A stretch of 44,714 nucleotides of DNA from an uncultured archaeon (GCA_964347265.1 CAYFXV010000002.1:22821-67534), one strand, 5' to 3'; shown: positions 26,467-36,248, counted from the first letter of the stretch. The notes: generated by a model not told the origin, from the sequence alone. A program made the numbers and translations.

Positions 26467-29175
26467 ATGATGAAGAAAAAACACTTAAGCAATTCGACTC
26501 ACTCACAAACCGTTGAAGATGTGCTGGAGAAATTATCTTCTGATATAAATGGGCTTTCAGAAAAAGAGGCAAAAAATCGCTTAGAACAATTCGGTGTTAA
26601 TGAAATACCTGAAAAGAAGGGTCGACACCCTGTTTTAATTTTTCTTAAACAATTTCATAGCATTTTGATTTATATTCTTATTATTGCTGCTGTTATTTCA
26701 TTTTTCTCTGGTGATTTAATTGATGTTTACATAATTGTTGGTGTTATTTTAATTAATGCCATAATAGGATTTGTGCAGGAGCATAAGGCTGATCTATCAA
26801 TTCAAGCATTAAAAAAGATGATTGTACTTCATGCAAAGGTTTATCGAGAAGGAGAATTATTACAAATAGCTGCAAGGGAATTGGTGCCTGGTGACATTAT
26901 TTTATTAGAGGAAGGAGATAGAGTTCCAGCAGATGCAAGACTTTTTGAAATAAAAATTTTTAGAACTGTAGAAGCATCTTTGACAGGCGAATCACTTCCT
27001 GTTGATAAAGATATTAAAATATTACCTGAGAAAACCGCTTTGGCTGATTGTAAAAATATGGTATGGATGGGGACTTTTGTTGCAAGGGGACAGGCTAAAG
27101 CAGTTGTTACTGCAACAGGTATTAGCACAGCATTTGGTAAAATAGCTCAAGACATAGAAAAAATAAAAAGAGTAAAGGGGCATTTTAAAGAAAAGACAGA
27201 CAAGCTGGCAAAGCAAATGGGTATTATTGCAGCTATCGGTTCATCAGTAACATTTATTGTCGGTTTCTTTATTAGAGGGTTTGAGTTTTTAGAAATATTT
27301 CTTTTTACCTTGGCTTCTCTTGTTTCTGGAATTCCAGAAGGTTTGCCTGCAGTACTAATAATTGTGCTTGCTATTGGTGCATATAAAATGGCAAAGAGAA
27401 ATGCCATTATTAGAACATTGCCATCAACAGAAACACTTGGTGTAGTAACAGTTATTATAACAGACAAGACAGGAACACTTACGGAAAATACTATGAATGT
27501 AGAGAAAATAATTTTGCTGGGTGAAGCTGAGATTGCAGTATCTGGAAAAGGGTGGGTTTCCTCTGGAAGTTTTTTCCAAGAAGAAAAAATTATTCATCCC
27601 TTAGAGAATCCTTCTTTAACAAAACTTCTCGAGATTGCTGCTATTTCCAGTGATGCTGAGCTTTTAAGAGAAAAAGATCGCTATGAAGTTATCGGAGACC
27701 CAACTGAAGCTGCCCTTACTGTCTTAGCAGAAAAAGCAGGGTTGAAAAAAGAAAAGATATTAGAGAAAGTGAAAGAAATAGATGAATTACCCTTTAGTCG
27801 AGAATTAAAATGTGAAGCCTCTCTTTTAATTTTTCCAGAAAAATCTAAAAGGAAAGAAATTTATGTTGTTGGTGCTCCTGAGGTTGTTCTTAATCATTCC
27901 ATACATGTTTTTGAAAACAATAAGCGTAAAAAAATAACTCAAAAACAACGCAAAGATATTTCAGCTCAAATAGAACATTTAACAAAAAAAGCAATGAGAG
28001 TGCTTGCTTTAGCCTATAAAGAAGTGCCACATCATATAGATGACTTATCAGAAGATTTAATTAGTAAACTTGTTTTTGTTGGTATTGTTGGTATGAAGGA
28101 CCCTCCGAGACCAGAAGTAAAAGAAGCAATTGCCAAAGCCAAGAAAGCTGGCATCCGAGTTGTTATGACAACAGGAGATCATAAAGGTACAGCTGTTTCA
28201 ATTGCCAAAGAAATTGGTCTCATTGGCAAAAAAACAAAAAGCAAATACCCTGAAGCTCTTACAGAACAGGAATTATTAGATTTATCAGAAAAAGAATTTG
28301 AAGATGTAATAAAGAATGTTTCTGTTTTTGCTCGCTTAACACCAAACATGAAGTTAAGAATTGCTGAAACATTGCAAAAACAAGGTCATATTGTGGCAAT
28401 GACTGGTGACGGAGTTAATGACGCACCAGCTTTGAAAAAAGCTGATGTAGGAATAGCAATGGGTATAATCGGTACTGATGTGGCTAGAGAGTCTAGTGAA
28501 ATTGTGCTTGCTGATGATAATTTTGCTTCTATTGTTAATGCAATAGAAGAAGGGAGGATTGTTTTTAAAAATACTCGTCAGGCAAGCTCTTTTCTTATCA
28601 CCACCAATTTTGCAGAAGATGTAACTATTATAAGTACATTACTTCTTGGTTTGCATTTACCTTTGTTACCTACCCAGATACTGTGGCTCAACTTGGTTAC
28701 AGATGGTGTTTCTGATATTGCTTTAGCTGCTGAACCAGGTCATGGAGATGTTTTAGAAGAGCCACCACAAAAAGCCAAAGAGGGTATTTTGTCAAAAGAA
28801 ATGATACCATTTATAGTTTTAATGGCTTGCATTATGGTCATTTTTACACTATTTATTTTTAATACTTATTTACCACAAGGAATAAAAAAAGCTCGAACAG
28901 TAGCCTTTGTTGTCATGGCGTTTACTCAGCTCTTTAATGTTCTGAATATGCGTTCGCTTAGAAAATCTATTTTCAAGATAGGGTTTTTTACCAATAAATA
29001 TGTTATCGTGTCTCTTTTAGTTTCAATTATTCTTTTGGTTATGGTAATCTTTATACCTTTTTTCCAAAACATGTTCCAATTTGTTTCATTGAGTTTAGTG
29101 GAATTATTATTAATATTCACTCTTTCATCTATGGTTTTTTGGTTTGGTGAGTTGTATAAGTTTATAAAGAAATGA
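26467..29175 (+). CDS. Second P-type IIA cation (Ca2+)-transporting ATPase
   Basis: LTGES, IPEGLP, DKTGT, TGDGVNDAPALK, TNFAE, WLNLVTDG. Confidence 0.9.
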   Translation: MMKKKHLSNSTHSQTVEDVLEKLSSDINGLSEKEAKNRLEQFGVNEIPEKKGRHPVLIFLKQFHSILIYILIIAAVISFFSGDLIDVYIIVGVILINAIIGFVQEHKADLSIQALKKMIVLHAKVYREGELLQIAARELVPGDIILLEEGDRVPADARLFEIKIFRTVEASLTGESLPVDKDIKILPEKTALADCKNMVWMGTFVARGQAKAVVTATGISTAFGKIAQDIEKIKRVKGHFKEKTDKLAKQMGIIAAIGSSVTFIVGFFIRGFEFLEIFLFTLASLVSGIPEGLPAVLIIVLAIGAYKMAKRNAIIRTLPSTETLGVVTVIITDKTGTLTENTMNVEKIILLGEAEIAVSGKGWVSSGSFFQEEKIIHPLENPSLTKLLEIAAISSDAELLREKDRYEVIGDPTEAALTVLAEKAGLKKEKILEKVKEIDELPFSRELKCEASLLIFPEKSKRKEIYVVGAPEVVLNHSIHVFENNKRKKITQKQRKDISAQIEHLTKKAMRVLALAYKEVPHHIDDLSEDLISKLVFVGIVGMKDPPRPEVKEAIAKAKKAGIRVVMTTGDHKGTAVSIAKEIGLIGKKTKSKYPEALTEQELLDLSEKEFEDVIKNVSVFARLTPNMKLRIAETLQKQGHIVAMTGDGVNDAPALKKADVGIAMGIIGTDVARESSEIVLADDNFASIVNAIEEGRIVFKNTRQASSFLITTNFAEDVTIISTLLLGLHLPLLPTQILWLNLVTDGVSDIALAAEPGHGDVLEEPPQKAKEGILSKEMIPFIVLMACIMVIFTLFIFNTYLPQGIKKARTVAFVVMAFTQLFNVLNMRSLRKSIFKIGFFTNKYVIVSLLVSIILLVMVIFIPFFQNMFQFVSLSLVELLLIFTLSSMVFWFGELYKFIKK

Positions 29176-29257
29176 ATTATACAAAACCCAATAAAGACTT
29201 TATTAGTATATTAACAAGATAGTTAATAATAAGAACCGGTTGCTATAAAATAAGAAT

Positions 29258-30139
29258 ATGATACAGAGTTTTTTTACAATTTTAATTTCAATAATAGGAA
29301 TTTCAACATCAATATTTTCATTTTTTTATGAAAGAAAGAATTTAATTTCAATTTTACTTCTGATATTTTTTTCTTTTTTCTCATTATTATATTGGCAATT
29401 ATCTATTTTGATTTTATTAGCTCTCTTATTTTATAATAAACTAGAATTAACAACATTTATAACAATTAACATGTTTACAGCAGTTCTTCTTTCTTGGTTC
29501 TTTTTGAATTTATTTCTAATAAACTCTCCATTTTATTTACTCATAGGCTTGTTATCTCTTTTAGTTTTATGTGCATTAGCAATTTTTGGTATTTTTGAGA
29601 GAAAATTAAAAAAATACTTGTTAATATCTAATGCAATTCAGATTTTGTTTGTTGTAACTGATTTATCAATTGTAAAATTGTTTGGTGAATTTGGACCATT
29701 GATCACAATTCAGATTTTCAATTATACATTTGCTGGTTTAGCTTTCTTTTTAACAATTGGCATATTCGGTAGAGGAAAAAATTATGTTTATGAATTAGAG
29801 GGCTCCTATTTTGCTAACAGATGGAATGATATTTTTGCAACAATAGCCTGTTTATCATTAGCAGGCTTACCAGCTTTTAACATGTTTGTTTCAGAATGGT
29901 TGTTGTTTACTAAAAGTTTTTTAATAACTCCTGTTATAACAATACTTGGAGTTTTCGCAGCCTTATTATTATTTATAATGTATTACAAAGTTGTTTATTT
30001 TTTATTAATTGGAAAAAGTAGACAAAAACACATACCCAAAGAAATTACAATTCTAAATGGGGTATTAGCTGCTGTTTGTATTGTTTTAGGATTTCTTCCA
30101 CAGTTACAATTAGAAATATTGTCTAGAGTGATAATATGA
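29258..30139 (+). CDS. Truncated antiporter-like subunit (MbhH/HyfB/NuoM-N family) of group 4 hydrogenase
   Basis: LKKYLLISNAIQ, LSLAGLPAFNMFVSEWLL and CIVLGFLP match the C-terminal half of the family; only 293 aa. Confidence 0.75.
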   Translation: MIQSFFTILISIIGISTSIFSFFYERKNLISILLLIFFSFFSLLYWQLSILILLALLFYNKLELTTFITINMFTAVLLSWFFLNLFLINSPFYLLIGLLSLLVLCALAIFGIFERKLKKYLLISNAIQILFVVTDLSIVKLFGEFGPLITIQIFNYTFAGLAFFLTIGIFGRGKNYVYELEGSYFANRWNDIFATIACLSLAGLPAFNMFVSEWLLFTKSFLITPVITILGVFAALLLFIMYYKVVYFLLIGKSRQKHIPKEITILNGVLAAVCIVLGFLPQLQLEILSRVII

Positions 30140-30306
30140 AAAAGAAAAAAGTAAAACATGTTTTAGATCTTTACATAGGAGGAGAAAGAGACAACCCAGA
30201 TGATTTATCACCAGAGGCGTATGGACATTTTTTCAATAAAAAATGGATTTGGATCACTTTTATTGTTCTAGTTATCATGTTGTTAATAGCAGGTGTTATA
30301 TTATGA
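30136..30306 (+). CDS. 56-aa MbhI-like small membrane subunit (not in ORF track)
   Basis: MKKKKVKHVLDLYIGGERD...WIWITFIVLVIMLLIAGVIL*; ATGA overlaps at both ends; YxGGE motif; lies between antiporter and small subunit. Confidence 0.7.
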   Translation: MKKKKVKHVLDLYIGGERDNPDDLSPEAYGHFFNKKWIWITFIVLVIMLLIAGVIL

Positions 30307-30734
30307 AAAAATCACCATGGATTTGTAATTACGATGTTGGAGGTTGCAATGGCTGTATACTAGAAATAGCAGCATTGTTAACTCCTAGGTATGACATTGA
30401 AAGATTTGGTTGTCTTTTAAGAGCAAGTGCAAGACATGCAGATATACTTTTGGTTAGTGGAATAGTTAATAGACAAAACAAAGAGAGATTAAAAACAATT
30501 TACAATCAAATGGCAAAGAACAAAAAAGTAATTGCAATTGGTTCTTGTTCAATAACAGGAGGACCATTCAAAAAAGCATACAATTTTGCAGGTCCTACAG
30601 ATAAAGTAATTCCTGTTGATATGTTTGTTCCTGGTTGTCCTCCAAGGCCAGAAGCAATTATGTATGCTGTATTAAAACTTTTAGGTAGGTTAGATGAAAA
30701 ATCTAAAACAAGAGATAAAAAAACTAGAAGATAA
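30303..30734 (+). CDS. mbhJ: Group 4 [NiFe]-hydrogenase small subunit (MbhJ/EchC/NuoB)
   Basis: GGCNGCILE, YDIERFG, RHADILLV, IGSC, VPGCPPRPE; real start 30303. Confidence 0.9.
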   Translation: MKKSPWICNYDVGGCNGCILEIAALLTPRYDIERFGCLLRASARHADILLVSGIVNRQNKERLKTIYNQMAKNKKVIAIGSCSITGGPFKKAYNFAGPTDKVIPVDMFVPGCPPRPEAIMYAVLKLLGRLDEKSKTRDKKTRR

Positions 30735-31023
30735 GAGATTAATAGCAATTGTTTGTAAGGATGAAGGAGATTTTACTCTAAATTACTATTTTGATGACAT
30801 AGGAAAAATAATTGTTTTAAAATTTAAAGTTCCAAAGAAAAAACCATTTCTTGAAAGCATAGTAGATGTTTTTCCAAATGCAGATTATTATGAAAGAGAA
30901 ATTCATGATTTTTTTGGTGTTGAATTCGAAGGAAATCCCGAATTACATTTGAAATTGTTCTTACCAGACGATTGGAACAAAAAACCACCATTACTAAAGA
31001 AAAAAGGTAGAAAAAATGCATGA
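30694..31023 (+). CDS. mbhK: Hydrogenase subunit MbhK/EchD (NuoC-like)
   Basis: FPNADYYEREIHDFFGVEFEGNP...LPDDW...PL. Confidence 0.88.
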   Translation: MKNLKQEIKKLEDKRLIAIVCKDEGDFTLNYYFDDIGKIIVLKFKVPKKKPFLESIVDVFPNADYYEREIHDFFGVEFEGNPELHLKLFLPDDWNKKPPLLKKKGRKNA

Positions 31024-32173
31024 TTATACTATACCAATAGGCCCACAACATCCAGCTTTGAAAGAACCAATGTGTATAAGGGTTAGTTTAGATGGGAATT
31101 ATATTCAAGATGTTAATATTAGAATGGGTTATACCCACAAAGGTATAGAAAAAATTTTAGAAGGAAAAAACCCTGACTCAGCTTTATACTTAACTCAAAG
31201 AATATGTGGAATCTGTTCTGCTGCTCATGAAAATGCATACTGTAGAACAGTTGAAAATATTTTGAGGTTTAAACTCAGTGAAAAAGTTAAGTTAATAAGA
31301 GCTTTAATGATGGAACTGGAAAGATTACACAGCCATGTTCTCTGGTTAGGATTAATAGCTCATGACATAGGTTATGAAACTTTATTCATGTATTTCTGGA
31401 GAGAAAGGGAAAAGGTAATTGATATTTTTGAAAAATTAACAGGAGGAAGAGTTCATCATAATTTTAATAAATTGAAAACAGTTAGATATGATTTTGATTT
31501 AAAAGAAAAACCATTCATATTGAAAAATTTAGAAAGTCTTAGAAAAAGAGTAGAATCCTATGTACATGATATTGAAAAAGATAATGTAATAGTTTCTAGA
31601 TTAAAAGGAGTAGGAGTAATAACAAAAGAAGATGCAAAAAGATACTGCATAGTTGGTCCAAATGCTAGAGCAAGTGGAGTAGAGTCCGACATAAGAAAAT
31701 TAGACCCGCCTTATAAGATATACAAAAAATTTAATTTTAATGAGATAATAGAAGATGAAGGCGATTCTCTAGCAAGAGCTATTGTTAGATTAAAAGAAAT
31801 TTCAGAATCAATAAGAATAATAAAACAGATTTTAAGATTAATGCCTAAAAAACCTATACCAAAGTTCACATTAACACAAATTCCGAACGGAGAAGCTGTT
31901 GGAAGGGTTGAGGCTCCAAGAGGAGAATTATTTTATTATCTTAAGTTTAAAGACAATAAAATTGAAAGAGCTAAAATGAGAACTCCGACCTTTGCATCAT
32001 TAAAGGTAGTTGAAAAAATCTTGTTAAAAAGAGAAATAGGAGACATACCAGTTGTAGTAGGATCTCTAGATCCTTGTTTCAGTTGTTTAGAAAGAGTAAT
32101 GGTAGTAAAAAATGGAAAAACAGAAATTTTAAATGAAGCCCAATTTAGGAGGAAGTATACATGTATGAAATAA
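31016..32173 (+). CDS. mbhL: Group 4 [NiFe]-hydrogenase large catalytic subunit
   Basis: IGPQHP, L1 RICGICSAAH, L2 DPCFSCLER followed by a C-terminal tail; all four Ni-binding Cys present. Confidence 0.93.
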   Translation: MHDYTIPIGPQHPALKEPMCIRVSLDGNYIQDVNIRMGYTHKGIEKILEGKNPDSALYLTQRICGICSAAHENAYCRTVENILRFKLSEKVKLIRALMMELERLHSHVLWLGLIAHDIGYETLFMYFWREREKVIDIFEKLTGGRVHHNFNKLKTVRYDFDLKEKPFILKNLESLRKRVESYVHDIEKDNVIVSRLKGVGVITKEDAKRYCIVGPNARASGVESDIRKLDPPYKIYKKFNFNEIIEDEGDSLARAIVRLKEISESIRIIKQILRLMPKKPIPKFTLTQIPNGEAVGRVEAPRGELFYYLKFKDNKIERAKMRTPTFASLKVVEKILLKREIGDIPVVVGSLDPCFSCLERVMVVKNGKTEILNEAQFRRKYTCMK

Positions 32174-33009
32174 TTTTCTTTTTATTAATTCCATTTATTG
32201 CAATGTTTTATGAAGGATTGCATAGAAAAATAAATGCTAGATTACAAAACAGAATCGGTCCACCAATAATCCAGCCTTTTTATGATATTAAAAAACTTTT
32301 TCAAAAAAAGAAATTAAAAAGTCAGAATGACCCTTTCTTTAATTATTCTCCATTATTTTATTTCTTATCTACTTATGCTTTATTTTTATTTATCCCATTT
32401 TCTATAATTGCTTTTAATTTCGATTTTGTTGTTTTAGTTTATATCACAATTTTATCTAGTGCGTTTTATGTTTTGTCTGGTTTATCTTCTGATAATCCTT
32501 TTGGAATAGTTGGCTCTATGAGAGAAATGATATTAATGATATGCTATGAAATAGCATTTGTTATAGTTGTTTTTAATTTCATGATAGGATCAGACATTTT
32601 AACCTTAGCTAATTTCAACTCAACATTTCTTTTATTATCATTCCCAATATCTTCTGCTACTTTAGCTGCTATTTTAGTTGTGGAACTTCACATAACACCT
32701 ATGGATACTTCAGAAGCTGCTGCAGAAATAATGAGTGGAAGTGGAACAGAATATAGTGGAAAAGGTCTAGCTTTTTTTGAATTGGCAACTTATTTGAAGA
32801 GATTATTCTTTGTTTTTCTTATGCCAATGCTTTTGTTTGGCAAAGATATAATTATGATTTTGCCTTTAAGCCTGTTGTTTTTATTTATTTATTCATTCAC
32901 TCAAGCAACTACACCACGATATAGGGTTGACCAAGCTTTCAAAGTGTGTTTCTTATTGATGGTGTTGGCATTAATAGAATTCATAATAATAATGAGAGGT
33001 ATTATATGA
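32161..33009 (+). CDS. mbhM: Hydrogenase membrane subunit MbhM/EchB (NuoH-like)
   Basis: RKINARLQNRIGPPIIQPFYDIKKL, PMDTSEAAAEI...TEYSG, PRYRVDQ. Confidence 0.9.
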   Translation: MYEIIFFLLIPFIAMFYEGLHRKINARLQNRIGPPIIQPFYDIKKLFQKKKLKSQNDPFFNYSPLFYFLSTYALFLFIPFSIIAFNFDFVVLVYITILSSAFYVLSGLSSDNPFGIVGSMREMILMICYEIAFVIVVFNFMIGSDILTLANFNSTFLLLSFPISSATLAAILVVELHITPMDTSEAAAEIMSGSGTEYSGKGLAFFELATYLKRLFFVFLMPMLLFGKDIIMILPLSLLFLFIYSFTQATTPRYRVDQAFKVCFLLMVLALIEFIIIMRGII

Positions 33010-33160
33010 AGATACTTCTATGATTATTAGATATCCTATAACACAGTTTCTATAGATAGTATCTTTTCATTAAAATTATGAAAAGGTTAATTATTTTTCC
33101 TAGGTTTTTCATAAAATTATTAAAGGAAAGCTTAATATAAATAAAGATATAGTGAAATTT

Positions 33161-34033
33161 ATGAGGAGATTAATTATTTTTTCATTTTTGATTTTTTTAC
33201 TCATACCTATATTGGTTAAGGCAGACATAGAAACTAATAAAGAAGTTTATAAACCAGGTGAAACAGCACAAATAGAATTTTTCTATCCTGAAACTTTAAG
33301 TAAGGTAGAGATTGATATAATAAGACCAGATGAAGCTTATGAAACATCAAGAACAATGCCCATGGTTAAAATAGCTTCATATCGTTGGGCATATAATCAT
33401 AGCTTTAAATATTATGCTATGAATGGAACTTATATTTTAAGTGTAAAAGCTTTTAGTGGAGGGACTGTAATTAATGCAACCACGTCAGTTATTAAGTTCA
33501 ATAAAACCCTTTTTATATTGGCATGGAATGTCTATGCTTATTTGAATAAATATCTTTTCTTACCTTCTGATGAATTGAATTTAACGGTTTTAGTAACAGA
33601 CAGGTTTTCTGATGATGTGAAGCTTGATGTTTTTTACAGAATAGAGGACTCATTAAATAATACTATTAGAAGCAGTTACATTCATTTAACAAATATTAAT
33701 GAGGGTTTCACAGATATTTACAGAATACCTCACAATTATAGTTCTGGAAAATCAAAAATCACAATAAAAATAGTTGATTCCGATAGGAGAACCTCAAATT
33801 TAAATTTGAGTTTTTTAGTTACTCACCTACCAGAACCAGAAGAAGAGGAAGATGATAATAGTTATGTAATATGGTATTTTTCTATTGCTATTGCTATTGT
33901 AATAATATTAATAACAATTTTAAGGTATAAAAAAATTAAAAAGAAAGAAAAAGAGGAAAAGAAAGAAAAAGAGGAAAAGAAAGAAGGTATTTATTACAAG
34001 CCAGAAGATGAGTATAGAACAGAATATTATTAA
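33161..34033 (+). CDS. Signal-peptide, beta-rich (Ig/MG-like) surface protein with C-terminal TM anchor
   Basis: MRRLIIF...LVKA| signal; IETNKEVYKPGETAQI and YLNKYLFLPSDELNLTV repeats; acidic linker, TM, Lys/Glu tail; several NxS/T sequons. Confidence 0.75.
   Translation: MRRLIIFSFLIFLLIPILVKADIETNKEVYKPGETAQIEFFYPETLSKVEIDIIRPDEAYETSRTMPMVKIASYRWAYNHSFKYYAMNGTYILSVKAFSGGTVINATTSVIKFNKTLFILAWNVYAYLNKYLFLPSDELNLTVLVTDRFSDDVKLDVFYRIEDSLNNTIRSSYIHLTNINEGFTDIYRIPHNYSSGKSKITIKIVDSDRRTSNLNLSFLVTHLPEPEEEEDDNSYVIWYFSIAIAIVIILITILRYKKIKKKEKEEKKEKEEKKEGIYYKPEDEYRTEYY
33941..33985 (+). repeat. 18-bp tandem repeat (2.5 copies) encoding KKEKEE
   Basis: aagaaagaaaaagaggaa twice plus aagaaagaa. Confidence 0.85.
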
Positions 34034-34067
34034 ATTGTAGTATAGCTAACATAAACAGGAGAATTTT

Positions 34068-34418
34068 ATGAAAAGAGGAATCATAGTAAGAGAGGCTTTA
34101 AAGAATTTTTTCATAAGACCATTTACAAGAAGATATCCTAAAGTAAAAGTTATACCATTTCCTAGATTTTCAGGAAGAATTCATTTTTATTCTAAAAGAT
34201 GTATAGGTTGCAAACTTTGTGAAAAATATTGTCCTGTTGGAGCTGTTAAGTTTCGTAAAAAAGGAAAAATAGATTTTGACCAAGGTTTATGTGTATTTTG
34301 TAAAATGTGTGAGGATGTCTGTCCCACTAATCCCAAATCAATAAAATTAAGTAATGATTTTGAATATGCTGATAAAAACAAAGAAAAAGTAAGAAAAAAT
34401 GTTGTGGTAAATGAATAA
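34068..34418 (+). CDS. mbhN: 2x[4Fe-4S] hydrogenase subunit MbhN/EchF (NuoI-like)
   Basis: PFTRRYP...FSGRIH, CIGCKLCEKYCP, CVFCKMCEDVCP. Confidence 0.9.
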   Translation: MKRGIIVREALKNFFIRPFTRRYPKVKVIPFPRFSGRIHFYSKRCIGCKLCEKYCPVGAVKFRKKGKIDFDQGLCVFCKMCEDVCPTNPKSIKLSNDFEYADKNKEKVRKNVVVNE

Positions 34419-35280
34419 AGAAAATATTGGAACTTTATTTGCTATAATAACTGCTTTGATCAGTGGTCTTGCTTTTGTTGCTAACAAGTTCTTTCTTGTT
34501 TCATTGGACCCAACATTATTCACTTCATTAAGAACTTTTTTCGTTGGCATTGGTTTCTTTTTAATTTCATTTTTTAAAAACAAATTAAGCTTCAAGAATT
34601 TTAATAAAGTTTCTTGGAAAATTCTTTTATCAATAGGTTTTGTTGCTGGTTTCGCTTTCTTAACTTTTTTCAATGGATTAAAATTAACAACTGCAGGAAG
34701 GGCAGCCTTTCTACATAAACTCTTACCTCTGTTTATCACAGTTTTTGCTTTTACTTTTTTAAAAGAAAAGATAAAAAGAATACAAGTTTATGCAATGATA
34801 GTAATGATTAGTGGAACATATTTCATATCCTTTAGTGCAATAACTTTTGACATTGCTGTTGGAGATTTTTTAGTTATTATTGCAACAATTCTTTTTGCAG
34901 TTGAAAACATTATATCAAAATATGCAATGATAAAGAAGGAATCAAATTTTGTTGTTTCTTTTTGCAGAATGTTTTTTGCATCAATTATTCTGTTTTCTAT
35001 TGTTTTGATGATTGGAAGCTTTAATCAGTTGTTGTTGATAACACATGAGCAAGTTCTTTATATTGGAATTTCGGTATCAATTCTGTTTTTGTATGTATTT
35101 TTCTGGTACTATTCAATATCTTTAATAAAAATATCTAAGGCCTCTACTTTACTTTTACTATCTCCACCCATTTCATTGTTTTTATCTTATTTGTTTTTAG
35201 AAGAAACTATACTTCCGTTACAAATTATAGGATCTATTTTAATTTTGATTGGAGCATTCACTGTTTCAAAAATAAAGTAA
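34411..35280 (+). CDS. DMT/EamA family transporter
   Basis: About 10 TM; FLKEKI and LFLEET repeats; GDFLVIIA. Confidence 0.88.
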   Translation: MNKENIGTLFAIITALISGLAFVANKFFLVSLDPTLFTSLRTFFVGIGFFLISFFKNKLSFKNFNKVSWKILLSIGFVAGFAFLTFFNGLKLTTAGRAAFLHKLLPLFITVFAFTFLKEKIKRIQVYAMIVMISGTYFISFSAITFDIAVGDFLVIIATILFAVENIISKYAMIKKESNFVVSFCRMFFASIILFSIVLMIGSFNQLLLITHEQVLYIGISVSILFLYVFFWYYSISLIKISKASTLLLLSPPISLFLSYLFLEETILPLQIIGSILILIGAFTVSKIK

Positions 35281-35668
35281 CTTTTTCAATTATTTCTTCA
35301 ATTTTATTTTCTAATTCTTCACTTAGCTCTTCTCCAAAATCAATGTTTTTTGGTTGTATTCCTATTATTTTGATTTTAGAATCAGGTAGAAATCTTTTCA
35401 ATAAATCTGCCGGTATGCTATGTGTTGATAATAAAACATCTTTAATTTCATTTAATTCAAAAATCTTTACTTCACCAATCTTTCCTCCAAATTTTAATGC
35501 ATCGAGAATTATTATTTCATCATAATCTTTTAGATTTTTTATAAAATTTTCAGGTGTTACCCATGCCTTTATTTTAATTATATCTTTGACATCTAATTTA
35601 TCAAGGATAATATTTCCTATGTTATCATCAGATTTAATTGGATTTCCAATACTCATAACAGCTTTCAT
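35258..35668 (-). CDS. hycI: Hydrogenase maturation endopeptidase
   Basis: IGNPIKSDDNIG, TPEN, ILDA, STHSIP, GIQP; start likely 35668. Confidence 0.88.
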   Translation of the reverse strand: MKAVMSIGNPIKSDDNIGNIILDKLDVKDIIKIKAWVTPENFIKNLKDYDEIIILDALKFGGKIGEVKIFELNEIKDVLLSTHSIPADLLKRFLPDSKIKIIGIQPKNIDFGEELSEELENKIEEIIEKVTLFLKQ

Positions 35669-35704
35669 AAAATTTATTAAGTTTAATGAACTTAAGTATT
35701 TGAT

Positions 35705-36244
35705 ATGTTGAGTAAAGCAAAAAAGAAGAAACATTTAATGATTGCTATTTCTTGCCTTAGACAAGAAGGAGAAAAAAGGCCTATATTCAGTCCAGACGTA
35801 CCAACAAAAAAAGAACTTGAACTCATTAAAAAAGGTCTTAAAAACGGGAATATTGATGAAGAATTATTGAAAAAACTGTTTCCAATGTCATATAATGGTG
35901 TTACCAAATATGGATTTTTTGAATATTTTTTCTATGTTCATAATAAACTGATAAATAAATTAGAAAGATACACCCATGATAAAAGATTAGTTGAATGGTG
36001 CCTTGCTTATCCTGCTAAAATTGTTAGTAAAACTAATTCTAAATGGGTTGTTAAAAGAATTGATGATAAAAAAATAACAACAGATTCAGAAGCTTACCCA
36101 GGAATAATAATTGAGAATGAATTAAAAATTGGAGATTTGATAATTTTACATAGAAATAAAATTCACATGATTTTAAGTGAAAAAGAATTTGAAACTGCAT
36201 TAAAATATTACAACAAATATTTAAGAGAGAAAGAGACTAAATGA
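35705..36244 (+). CDS. Hydrogenase-associated protein with C-terminal HypC-like OB fold (DUF6390-like)
   Basis: WCLAYPAKIV...LKIGDLIILHRNKIHMILSEKE mirrors HypC CLAxPxKI...GDxVLVH; family name is from memory. Confidence 0.55.
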   Translation: MLSKAKKKKHLMIAISCLRQEGEKRPIFSPDVPTKKELELIKKGLKNGNIDEELLKKLFPMSYNGVTKYGFFEYFFYVHNKLINKLERYTHDKRLVEWCLAYPAKIVSKTNSKWVVKRIDDKKITTDSEAYPGIIIENELKIGDLIILHRNKIHMILSEKEFETALKYYNKYLREKETK

Positions 36245-36248
36245 TATT

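Noticed and set aside
13735..33161. GTG starts at 14265, 16651, 20712 and 33152 given in the ORF track
   Set aside because: These GTGs lie within GGTGA/AGTGA ribosome-binding motifs with an in-frame ATG 9-12 nt downstream.
33941..33985. Tandem repeat as CRISPR or phase-variation tract
   Set aside because: In-frame 18-bp unit without spacers encoding a charged tail; no CRISPR array or cas gene seen in the window.
30303..34418. Complex I (Nuo) or Mbx/Mbs instead of a hydrogenase
   Set aside because: Large subunit retains both CxxC Ni-binding motifs, and HycI and HypC are adjacent.
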